Source: an uncultured Gemmatimonadales bacterium (GTDB taxonomy: Bacteria > Gemmatimonadota > Gemmatimonadetes > Gemmatimonadales > Gemmatimonadaceae). From it: a stretch of DNA of 64,000 bases. Position numbers and translations under genes: made by a program. Numbering within the stretch: the first letter of the stretch is position 1; every line of letters starts with the position of its first letter. Location: NCBI GenBank assembly GCA_963701965.1, contig OY969695.1, positions 672,001 to 736,000 on the forward strand, read 5' to 3'. Under the pieces are notes generated by a model. It saw only the letters and a program-made list of their open reading frames with translations, ran no database searches and was not told the DNA's origin. This document shows positions 9,506-17,721 of this stretch, piece after piece.

Positions 9506-9997
9506 CTACTTCCGGCGCAGACGCTCGTCGGGCACGACGCCCAACGCGGTGGCGAGGTCGATCTGGTGGTCCTGCTCCTCGCGGATGATGCCCTTGATGA
9601 TCTCGGCCATCGCGATCTCGCCGAGCGCTTCGGCTTGTTTGATGCGGTCGCGGTAGTTGCGGATCGTGGTGTCTTCGGCGCGCAGGTCCGCCCACAACAT
9701 CTCTTTGTTGTCCTCCGACACCTCGACCTTCGCGGGGACGTGTACGGGGTAGGCTCCGAGATAGTCCAGCTGCTTGGCAATGGCGAGCGCGTGATTCAGC
9801 TCTTGGTGCGCGTGCTCGACGAGCTGATCCGCGATATTCATGTACGCAGCCGTGTCCAGCTTCTGGCTGAAAATGACGTATTGGATAATGGCCTGGTATT
9901 CGCGCGCGAGGTCGGCTTGCAGGCCGTCGACGAGCTGTTGTCGCGCGGCGGCTTCGTCGGATGACGGCTTGTTCGCCGGCGGAGTCTTGGTCGCCAT
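9506..9997 (-). CDS. Bacterioferritin / ferritin-like protein
   Basis: LAREYQAIIQY, ELNH, RAE..IRNY, EEQDH di-iron ligand pattern; GGAG RBS. Confidence 0.88.
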   Translation of the reverse strand: MATKTPPANKPSSDEAAARQQLVDGLQADLAREYQAIIQYVIFSQKLDTAAYMNIADQLVEHAHQELNHALAIAKQLDYLGAYPVHVPAKVEVSEDNKEMLWADLRAEDTTIRNYRDRIKQAEALGEIAMAEIIKGIIREEQDHQIDLATALGVVPDERLRRK

Positions 9998-10073
9998 TGG
10001 TTCTCCGAAAGTGGTGGACGGGAGTAGCCATTGATGATGGCCGCCCGGCCGCCGCGGCGCTACTCAGCCATTA

Positions 10074-10979
10074 TCAGCGCACGATGTTCACGGCGATAGC
10101 CGGCGTGATACTGGCCGTCGTGTTGTGCCCGGCGGGCAGAATGCGGGTGCCGAGCAAGAGACCCACGCTGGACGTCCAGTTGTATTCGACGGCGGGCGCG
10201 AACCCGAACCCGTCGCTGGTTCCCGACTCGAACCCGCCCGTCAGGCGCGTCGAGCCGGCATGGCTGTACGTGACGTCGAGCGCCAGCACCCACGAGCGGG
10301 TCATGCTGTACTCGGCTGCCGCGTCGACGTACGACGTGTTGCCCGGCCACGCGTGACCGACGAACGTAGGACCCGTGCCGTAGACGCTGACGCCCTTGAC
10401 GCCGACCTCGCTGGAGAACGACTGGGAGAGGTTCAAGCGCGTGCGCAGGATCCGACCATTCGGCATCCAAAAGTACGTCTGACTGTAGAGCGCGACGGTC
10501 GTGGTGTAGGCACCGGCGCCGAACCCGTTGCTCGGCCGAGCGCCCAACTCGTCGAACTTCCCCGTCGGGAACGCCTCCTGGACGATCAAAGATGTCGTCG
10601 GCACCCATCCGCCCGGATGAAATTGCGTCAGCCGATACTGGGCTTGGGCCGTCAGGTCGCCGATACCGACGCCGGAGCTGCTCGGCCCATTGCTGACCTG
10701 ATTGAAGCCGAAGATCGGAATGAGGCCGACGGACAGTCGGTCGAGCAGGCCGTACACCAAATACGTGCGCGACGCGAACCCATTCGTGTGCGGTGCCGTC
10801 ACGTCGTAGAGATAGGGCTCGATCAACACGTGGCCCTGCGGGAGTGTCCCCGCGGACGCGGCCAGCATTGGCCCGGTCCACCAGGCATCGCCCAGAGGTT
10901 GCCGGTGCGATGTGTCGGCCGGTGTTTGCGCCGACACCAGTGCGGGAATCGCCATCCCGAGCAACGCGTGCCACCGCAT
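10074..10979 (-). CDS. Putative outer-membrane beta-barrel 'transporter' (MetA-pathway-of-phenol-degradation-like)
   Basis: Signal peptide, DAWWTGPMLA, LIEPYLY, GIGD, PTGKFD; alternating beta strands; TGATG coupling with upstream gene. Confidence 0.75.
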   Translation of the reverse strand: MRWHALLGMAIPALVSAQTPADTSHRQPLGDAWWTGPMLAASAGTLPQGHVLIEPYLYDVTAPHTNGFASRTYLVYGLLDRLSVGLIPIFGFNQVSNGPSSSGVGIGDLTAQAQYRLTQFHPGGWVPTTSLIVQEAFPTGKFDELGARPSNGFGAGAYTTTVALYSQTYFWMPNGRILRTRLNLSQSFSSEVGVKGVSVYGTGPTFVGHAWPGNTSYVDAAAEYSMTRSWVLALDVTYSHAGSTRLTGGFESGTSDGFGFAPAVEYNWTSSVGLLLGTRILPAGHNTTASITPAIAVNIVR

Positions 10980-12040
10980 CACTGATTGATATCCTGTTTG
11001 GCTTCGAGGCGTTTGATGAGACCCGTGAGGTCGCTCTTCTGGCTCGCGGGCGCGGTCGCCACGGCGAGCTTCATCTCCTTTTCGGCATCGCCGAACTTGT
11101 GTTGGGCGCTGTAGGCCCGCGCGAGGCCATCGTGAACGAACCATTCGGCGCCACGCTGCGCGTTGGCGCGGAATATCGCGAACGCCTCGTCGCTGCGTTT
11201 CTGCGCGAGCAACTGGCGCGCGAACCCATCCGCCTCGGCCGGCGTGGCGAGGGCCAGAGCCTTTTTCTGCGCGGCCGCGGCGTCGTCCCGACGGTTGAGC
11301 GCCGTCAGCGCCTGTGACCGCGTCAACTCGTTGTCGAACCGGTCATCATTCAGGATCGACGTGTCGGCGTACGCCAGCGCGGTGCCCAGGTCTTCGTGTT
11401 GAGCGAGGATGTACGTGGCCGCTTCGTTCCAGCTCAACCAGTTGAAGCGGTTCAGGCTGCGGAGTTGCCGTTTCATGCTGGCGGCCACGACATCGTGGAC
11501 ATTGACGCCAACGGTGAACGGAACGGCGAGGCGGGCCCATTGCATGGTCACCACGGCCGATGTCGGCTGCACGTCGACGAAGTCATACGTCAGCGCTTCG
11601 TGCATCTCGGCCGGTGCGGGCTTGACCGTGATGCGCAGCGCGTCCTCCGCGGAGTCGTAGGTGAAGGAGCCCCACGACGTGGCATTGCGGGAGAAGATCA
11701 CCGTCCACGTGTCGGCGCGGGGGATCATGTGCAAACCATAGGTGCCTTTGTCCAGCGGTTTCCCGTCGATGGTGACCGGGTCGCTGAAGGCGATCGTGGT
11801 ATTGATGTTCGCGCCGGCGCGCCACACCTGGCCGTACGGAACCAGGCTATCCCAGACCTGTCGCCCCCCGACCAACGGGCGATGGTAGCTGATGGTGACA
11901 TCGGTGAGGCCGATCGTTTGCGAGACCTGCGCGCCCTGGCTCTTGAGCGGCAGGTCCATCAGAAACGTTTGGGCCGGACTGGTGCCCGGCATGACGACCA
12001 ACGACAGGACGAAACACGCGATCACGCGAGTGCGGCGCAC
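10979..12040 (-). CDS. DUF2911 domain protein with C-terminal TPR-like helices
   Basis: VSQTIGLTDVTISYHRP..GR, LVPYGQVWRAGANINT, GTYGLHMIP, WGSF.YD..EDALR. Confidence 0.88.
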   Translation of the reverse strand: MRRTRVIACFVLSLVVMPGTSPAQTFLMDLPLKSQGAQVSQTIGLTDVTISYHRPLVGGRQVWDSLVPYGQVWRAGANINTTIAFSDPVTIDGKPLDKGTYGLHMIPRADTWTVIFSRNATSWGSFTYDSAEDALRITVKPAPAEMHEALTYDFVDVQPTSAVVTMQWARLAVPFTVGVNVHDVVAASMKRQLRSLNRFNWLSWNEAATYILAQHEDLGTALAYADTSILNDDRFDNELTRSQALTALNRRDDAAAAQKKALALATPAEADGFARQLLAQKRSDEAFAIFRANAQRGAEWFVHDGLARAYSAQHKFGDAEKEMKLAVATAPASQKSDLTGLIKRLEAKQDINQ

Positions 12041-12090
12041 GACGGATTCCCCGTATTTGAATTGGTATGGTACTGCAGGCCGAACTTGGT

Positions 12091-12108
12091 ATGCTAGTTC
12101 TCTAGCAT
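12091..12108. promoter_or_regulatory. Perfect 7-bp inverted repeat, candidate operator between divergent genes
   Basis: ATGCTAG-TTCT-CTAGCAT. Confidence 0.4.
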
Positions 12109-12315
12109 CGTGCAGGAGATCTAGCGTTCAGATCAGCCGCTGGCAACCCATACGTTTGCGCTCGAATTCCGTGCTGTCGCGACCATGGCTCAAGTCGGTA
12201 TCGGCGCGACGACAGTAGTCACGGACACTAGTACCCATCGACTAGCGCGCATCGAGAGGGGCCTCCACGTTGGGCGCCTCGTGGCCCCATCCACCCTATT
12301 TGGAGGTTCTCGCGG

Positions 12316-14034
12316 ATGACGGTGCTCACTCGATCCGCCACCCTGCTTCTCGCTGGTGGGCTTCTCGCCGGAACATCCTGTGCGCGCCGCGGCGCGCCCA
12401 CGCGATTCACCGTCACCATCCCGTCATCGGCGCGCGCCAATGCGTTGACGGGACGCGTGTTTGTGGTGATCTCACGCGACTCGACGCCCGAGCCGCGGAC
12501 CAACATGAGCGCCCGAACGATGACGACGCCGTATTTCGGCGTCGACGTCACGAACCTGGCGGCCGGCCAGGCCGCGGTCATCGACGATACGACGACCGGG
12601 TACATCGTCGACACGCCGCGCGACATCCCCGCGGGTGACTACTACGTCCAGGCGGTGGCCAACGTGTACACGGAGTTCAAACGCTCCGACGGACACACGA
12701 TCTGGGCGCACATGGACCAGTGGGAGGGACAGCACCTGACGCGGTCCCCCGGGAACCTCTATAGCCCGGTGACCAAGGTGCACCTCGATCCGGCGAGTGG
12801 GTTCGACGTCCCGCTGGTCGCCAGCCAGGTGATCCCGGCGGTGGTGGTGCCGCCCGACACGAAATTTGTGAAGCGGGTCAAGATCCAGAGCGACATGCTG
12901 ACCAAGTTCTGGGGACACCCGATCTTCATCGGAGCCACGATCCTCTTGCCGCAAGGGTACGACGAGCACCCGAACGTCCATTACCCGGTCCTCTACGAGC
13001 AGGGGCATTTTGGTCTGGCCGCGCCGATGGGCTTCACCACCGACAGCCTGCCGGCGCCGACGCAAGCCCAGTTGGACCGCAAGCGCGAGTACAACGTCGA
13101 GCCCGGGTACGAGTTCTATCACGAATGGACATCGCCCGGCTTCCCGCGGATGCTCGTCATCACGTTCCAACATCCCACGCCGTACTTCGACGACTCGTAC
13201 GCGGTGAACTCGGCGAACAACGGGCCCTATGGCGACGCCATCATGCAGGAGCTGATCCCGTACCTCGAGTCGCACTACCGCATCATCGCCAAGCCGTACG
13301 CCCGCACCCTGAGCGGTGGCTCGACCGGCGGGTGGGAGTCGCTCGCGCTCCAGCTCTATCACCCGGACTTCTTCGGGGGCACGTGGACGCTGTATCCGGA
13401 TCCCATCGACTTCCATCACTACGGTGAGGTCGACGCCTACGCGGATACCAACGCGTTCATCATGGGCGCCGCGCCGCTCTTCACCACCAAGAGCGACTGG
13501 CTCAACCCCCTCCGCTACTTCGCGCGGGGCATTGGCGGACAGGCGGTGCAGTCAATGCAGCAGCTGAGTCGCCTGGAGGACGTCAAGGCCAGTCACGGGC
13601 TGGCGGCGGAGCAGCTGGAGATCTGGGAGGCCGTGTATGGGCCGGTCGGCGCCGGCGGCTACACGAAGCCGCTGTGGGACAAGCGCACGGGGCACATCGA
13701 TCACGATGTCGCCAACTACATGCGCACGCACGGCTACGATCTGACCGACTACGTCAAAACGAATTGGGCGACGCTGGGGCCCAAGCTGGTCGGGAAGATC
13801 CACATCGATTGCGGCGACATGGACAATTACTTCCTGAACCTCGCGGTCATGGACATGCAAGCGGTCTTCGACTCATCGAAGGCGCCGCACGTGACGGCCG
13901 ACATCCGCTATGGTCGTCCGCTCAAGGGCCACGGGTGGCAGCACACGTCGAACGCGGGATTGCTGCGGGAGATGGCCACCGCCATCACGGCGCACGCTCC
14001 GGCGGGCGGGAATTCGGGGGCGTGGAAGTATTGA
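12316..14034 (+). CDS. Secreted/lipoprotein alpha/beta hydrolase (putative esterase family)
   Basis: GGSTGG nucleophile elbow, ILLP.GYD..P..HYPVLY, DSYAVNSANNGPYGDA; GGAGG RBS; signal peptide with Cys. Confidence 0.87.
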   Translation: MTVLTRSATLLLAGGLLAGTSCARRGAPTRFTVTIPSSARANALTGRVFVVISRDSTPEPRTNMSARTMTTPYFGVDVTNLAAGQAAVIDDTTTGYIVDTPRDIPAGDYYVQAVANVYTEFKRSDGHTIWAHMDQWEGQHLTRSPGNLYSPVTKVHLDPASGFDVPLVASQVIPAVVVPPDTKFVKRVKIQSDMLTKFWGHPIFIGATILLPQGYDEHPNVHYPVLYEQGHFGLAAPMGFTTDSLPAPTQAQLDRKREYNVEPGYEFYHEWTSPGFPRMLVITFQHPTPYFDDSYAVNSANNGPYGDAIMQELIPYLESHYRIIAKPYARTLSGGSTGGWESLALQLYHPDFFGGTWTLYPDPIDFHHYGEVDAYADTNAFIMGAAPLFTTKSDWLNPLRYFARGIGGQAVQSMQQLSRLEDVKASHGLAAEQLEIWEAVYGPVGAGGYTKPLWDKRTGHIDHDVANYMRTHGYDLTDYVKTNWATLGPKLVGKIHIDCGDMDNYFLNLAVMDMQAVFDSSKAPHVTADIRYGRPLKGHGWQHTSNAGLLREMATAITAHAPAGGNSGAWKY

Positions 14035-14599
14035 GCCGCTGCTCGATGCGGCGATCGGGCACGAGCCACGTGAGTGCCACGATGATGTAGAAGGCGCCGG
14101 CGATACCCGGGTGGATGAACGCCGCGGGTATCGCCAGCGCCGTCAGGACGGCGGATACCTTGCCCTTCACCTCCCGTCCAACCGCGTGGGCCAGGAGCGA
14201 GTTCGGTCCCTCGTGCACCACGATACGCCACTGCAAAATGATGTACGCGATGGCGGTCATGAGGAGCACCGCGCCGTACGCGGCCATCGGCAGCGCGGCG
14301 AAGTGGGTGTCGCCCATCCAGTTCGTGACGAAGGGAATGAGCGACAGCCAGAACAAGAAATACAGGTTCGCCCACAGAATGCCGCCGGTGACGTGCTCCG
14401 CGGCCTGGAACATGTGGTGGTGATTCGTCCAGTAGATGCCGACATAGATGAAGCTCAGGACATAACTGAGCGCCACGGGCACGAGCGGCCGTAGCGCCGA
14501 GATGTCGGCGCCCTGCGGGACGTGCAGTTCGAGCACCATGATCGTGATAATGATGGCGATTACGCCATCGCTGAATGCCTCGAGCCGGCCCGTCGTCAT
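13985..14599 (-). CDS. TMEM175 (DUF1211) family potassium channel
   Basis: RLEAFSDGVIAIIITIMVLEL signature, YWTNHHH, WLVPDRRIE; 6 TM. Confidence 0.93.
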   Translation of the reverse strand: MTTGRLEAFSDGVIAIIITIMVLELHVPQGADISALRPLVPVALSYVLSFIYVGIYWTNHHHMFQAAEHVTGGILWANLYFLFWLSLIPFVTNWMGDTHFAALPMAAYGAVLLMTAIAYIILQWRIVVHEGPNSLLAHAVGREVKGKVSAVLTALAIPAAFIHPGIAGAFYIIVALTWLVPDRRIEQRLNTSTPPNSRPPERAP

Positions 14600-14692
14600 A
14601 GCGTCTCCCGGAATGGTTCAACAATTGAAACCATCGCGCGCTTCCGCGCGATGCCGACGGGAACGGCACGCCGCTTGCCCATATGCGTGTCC

Positions 14693-15136
14693 ATGCGGAA
14701 TCCAATCCTCGTATGCGTGCTGGCGGCCGCCGGTCTGTTGGGGTGCGGCAGTGCGACGACGCCAGGTGGGATCAGTATCGGCGGGCACTGGAGCGTGAAG
14801 ATCACGAATCTCAACGCCGGGGCGCACGTCTGCAACGGCACCTTCGGCGCCGACTTCGCGCAGAGCTTCAACTCGTTCAACGGCACCTACAGTTCGAGCT
14901 CCGTGACGTGCGTCACCAACGGCGTGAGTGTGGTGATCGGTCAAGCGTCGGGGAACATCACCGGCGGGAGCGTCAACGGCCAGTCGATTCAGTTCGCGCT
15001 CGATAACACGGACAACACGTTCACCGGAACCGTGAACGAGTCGCAGATGTCGGGCGCGACGGCCTGGACGCACGATTTTGGCGACGGCGCCGGACCTGTC
15101 GCCTTGAGCGGAGCGTGGACGGCGACGAAGCAGTAG
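14693..15136 (+). CDS. Hypothetical lipoprotein (beta-rich)
   Basis: MRNPILVCVLAAAGLLG-C lipobox; ends GAWTATKQ. Confidence 0.75.
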   Translation: MRNPILVCVLAAAGLLGCGSATTPGGISIGGHWSVKITNLNAGAHVCNGTFGADFAQSFNSFNGTYSSSSVTCVTNGVSVVIGQASGNITGGSVNGQSIQFALDNTDNTFTGTVNESQMSGATAWTHDFGDGAGPVALSGAWTATKQ

Positions 15137-15139
15137 TCG

Positions 15140-15403
15140 CTAGCATCGTCGCCGCCATCGCCACCAGCCCCACGCCGCGACCGCCGTTCCCCACGCCAGA
15201 CCCGCCCACGTGTCGCGGCGCCAATGGTGTGCGGGATCGACGGCGGCGAACGCCAGCGCCGCCAGGCCACACGCGATGGGAATGCCGAGGAGTGCCGGCA
15301 CCCATCCGCAGCCGGCGTCCGCGACGAGGCGTTCGGCCCATTCATGGACGCTCCCGTCAGCGGTCCCCCGTGAGCGCGCAAAACCCCACCGCAGCAGGCT
15401 CAT
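15140..15403 (-). CDS. Hypothetical small membrane protein
   Basis: 87 aa with two hydrophobic segments; fills the gap between genes; no recognisable motif. Confidence 0.4.
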   Translation of the reverse strand: MSLLRWGFARSRGTADGSVHEWAERLVADAGCGWVPALLGIPIACGLAALAFAAVDPAHHWRRDTWAGLAWGTAVAAWGWWRWRRRC

Positions 15404-15474
15404 GGGCGCGCCGTTGACAGCCGTCCGCGGATGGCGCTACGTCTCGCCTATACGCTTGGAGATGGAGGGGTATC

Positions 15475-15996
15475 ATGGCATCGAACGAGAGAGATCAAGA
15501 GCGCACGACGCCAGGCCGGACGCCGCGGGACGTTCCGGTCGAGGGACCTCGGGTCACGCGCGAGCCCGGGGAGGCGGTCGAGAATGCGCTCCTGGGTCGT
15601 AGACTGTACGAGGAACTCTGGAACGCCCGCGACTTCGACGGCATGCTCCGCCACGCCAGCGCCGATATCGAGTGCCTGGAAGTGGCGACCAACACGGCAC
15701 GGCAGGGCCACGAGGGGTATCGCGCGTTCGCCGAGGGGTGGGCGACGGCCTTCCCCGATGCCCGCGTCGAGATCCGGCGCGTGATCGCCAACGACAACGG
15801 CGTCGTCGTCGAATTCGTCGGCCACGGAACGCACACCGGGCCACTCGTCGGGCCGGCCGGCACCATACCGCCCACCGGCCGCCGAGCCGAACTCTCGCTG
15901 TGCGATGTCCTCGAGATCGAGGAGGGTCAGGTCCGGCGTGTCCGCTCGTACTACGATATGGCGACGCTGATGCGGCAGCTCGGCCTCATGGGGTGA
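15475..15996 (+). CDS. SnoaL-like ester cyclase / NTF2-fold protein
   Basis: WATAFPD, GTHTGPL, IPPTGRR, RVRSYYD..LMRQLG; GGAGG RBS. Confidence 0.9.
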   Translation: MASNERDQERTTPGRTPRDVPVEGPRVTREPGEAVENALLGRRLYEELWNARDFDGMLRHASADIECLEVATNTARQGHEGYRAFAEGWATAFPDARVEIRRVIANDNGVVVEFVGHGTHTGPLVGPAGTIPPTGRRAELSLCDVLEIEEGQVRRVRSYYDMATLMRQLGLMG

Positions 15997-16027
15997 CGCT
16001 CGGACGGGCGACGCTATACTTGGGGGC

Positions 16028-16294
16028 ATGAAACGACGGGATGCGTTGGTTTCGATCGCCGCGTCCGGTGCCGGCATGCTCCTCGGCGCGTGCGCCGCGC
16101 CGCCGGCACCGGACGGCGATCTCTCCGATGAACAGCTGGGCGCATTGTTGCGGCTGGCCGGCTACCAGATGGCGCCGGGCGAAGGTGCCAAGATCCTGGC
16201 CTCCTTCAAGGGCAATCGATTCACGACCGACGTCGATCCGACGATTCAACCGCAGTCGGATTTTGATCCCGACGTCGACCCGCTCAGCCCGTGA
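16028..16294 (+). CDS. Small Tat-signal lipoprotein, GatC-like amidase partner (putative)
   Basis: MKRRDAL twin-arginine, LLGA-C lipobox, LSDEQLGALLRLAG helix and P..F end; GTGA overlap with the amidase. Confidence 0.7.
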   Translation: MKRRDALVSIAASGAGMLLGACAAPPAPDGDLSDEQLGALLRLAGYQMAPGEGAKILASFKGNRFTTDVDPTIQPQSDFDPDVDPLSP

Positions 16295-17721
16295 GCGCCC
16301 CCTCGGCGTTCCAGTCGATCCGGCAACTGGCGACCGACATTCAACAGCGCCGGGTCTCCTGTGTCGAAGTCGTGCAAGCGGCGCTCGACCGCACGCACGC
16401 GCTCGATCCCACGCTCAATAGCTTCATCACGCTCGTGCCCGAGGCCGCATTGGCCCAGGCCAAAGCGGCGGACGCCGAGCTCGCGCAGGGGCGGTATCGC
16501 GGACCCCTGCATGGGGTGCCGATCGGCATCAAGGACCACATCGACACCGCCGGCGTCCGCACCACGGCGGGCGCCAAGTCGCGTCTCGGAAACATTCCGA
16601 CGACCGACGCCGCGGTCGTGCGGCGCATGAAGAACGGCGGCGCGATCATGATCGGCAAGGCGAACATGAACAAGTTCGCCGACGGCGAGTCGGGCGATAA
16701 CCCGGACTTCGGGCGCATCAAGAACCCCTGGAACACGGCGTACTCGCCCGGCGGGTCGAGCAGCGGCGCCGGCGCCCAGGTGGCGGCGGGACTCGTCCCG
16801 CTCTCGATCGGGTCCGACAACGGGGGATCGGTCCGCATTCCGGCGGCGCTGTGCGGCGTCGTGGGCCTCAAGCCGACGCACGGCCGCATCAGCCTCGAGG
16901 GCATATTCCCCCGCCTCTACACGCTCGACCATCCCGGACCCCTGACGCGCACCGTCGAGGACTGCGCGATCGCGCTTCAAGCCCTGGCGGGCCACGATGC
17001 CGGCGACACCACCGCCGCGCGCCGCCCGGTGCCCGACTACACCAAGGGCCTCCGCTCAGGAATCGCCGGCATGGCGATCGGGGTGGACCGGACGTACGCC
17101 AGCGTAGGCGAAGCCGCGGTCCTCGCCGCGTTCGAGCAAGCGGTGGCCGCCCTGCGCGCGCTGGGCGCCCGCATCGTCAATGTCACGATTCCCACGCCGG
17201 ACCAGTGCCTCGCGGTCGGCAATACAATCGCCACCTGCGAATACGCCGTCGCCGCGGCCCATCTCTTCCGCGACCACCCCGACGACTTCGACAAAGCCGT
17301 GCCGCCGGCCGCCAGCGCCGCGGATATCAAAGCGGGCTCGCTCATCCCGGCCGTGGACTATATTCGTGCCACGCAACAGCGGCGCGTCTTGCAACTCGCG
17401 TACGCCCGGGCGACGCGCGCGGTCGAAGTGGTGGTGGCGCCGACGTACCCGCTGGCGCGGCGGCCATTCGGGGACTACCCGCGCGAGAACGGCCACCAGT
17501 TCACCGCCGACGACGCCGTGCGGTACACGTTCCCCTTCGATCTCCTCGGCGTCCCGGCGCTCTCGGTGCCGTGCGGCCTATCGCCCGACGGCGCGCCCAT
17601 CGGCATGCAGTTCATCGGCCGCCCGTTCGACGAGGTGACCGTGCTGCGCGCCGCCTACGCCTACGAACAACTCGCCGGGTGGCATACGCGCCACCCGGCG
17701 ATCGGAAGTCTCTCGCGCTAG
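16291..17721 (+). CDS. Amidase signature family protein (GatA-like)
   Basis: GPLHGVPIGIKD, GKANM, NPW, PGGSSSG, GSDNGGSVRIPAALCG (Lys-Ser-Ser triad). Confidence 0.94.
   Translation: MSAPSAFQSIRQLATDIQQRRVSCVEVVQAALDRTHALDPTLNSFITLVPEAALAQAKAADAELAQGRYRGPLHGVPIGIKDHIDTAGVRTTAGAKSRLGNIPTTDAAVVRRMKNGGAIMIGKANMNKFADGESGDNPDFGRIKNPWNTAYSPGGSSSGAGAQVAAGLVPLSIGSDNGGSVRIPAALCGVVGLKPTHGRISLEGIFPRLYTLDHPGPLTRTVEDCAIALQALAGHDAGDTTAARRPVPDYTKGLRSGIAGMAIGVDRTYASVGEAAVLAAFEQAVAALRALGARIVNVTIPTPDQCLAVGNTIATCEYAVAAAHLFRDHPDDFDKAVPPAASAADIKAGSLIPAVDYIRATQQRRVLQLAYARATRAVEVVVAPTYPLARRPFGDYPRENGHQFTADDAVRYTFPFDLLGVPALSVPCGLSPDGAPIGMQFIGRPFDEVTVLRAAYAYEQLAGWHTRHPAIGSLSR

Noticed and set aside
16028..17721. Canonical gatC-gatA of the tRNA amidotransferase
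   Set aside because: No gatB adjacent, the small protein has an export signal, and the amidase lacks GatA-specific NMDEFAMGS and LSRYDG motifs
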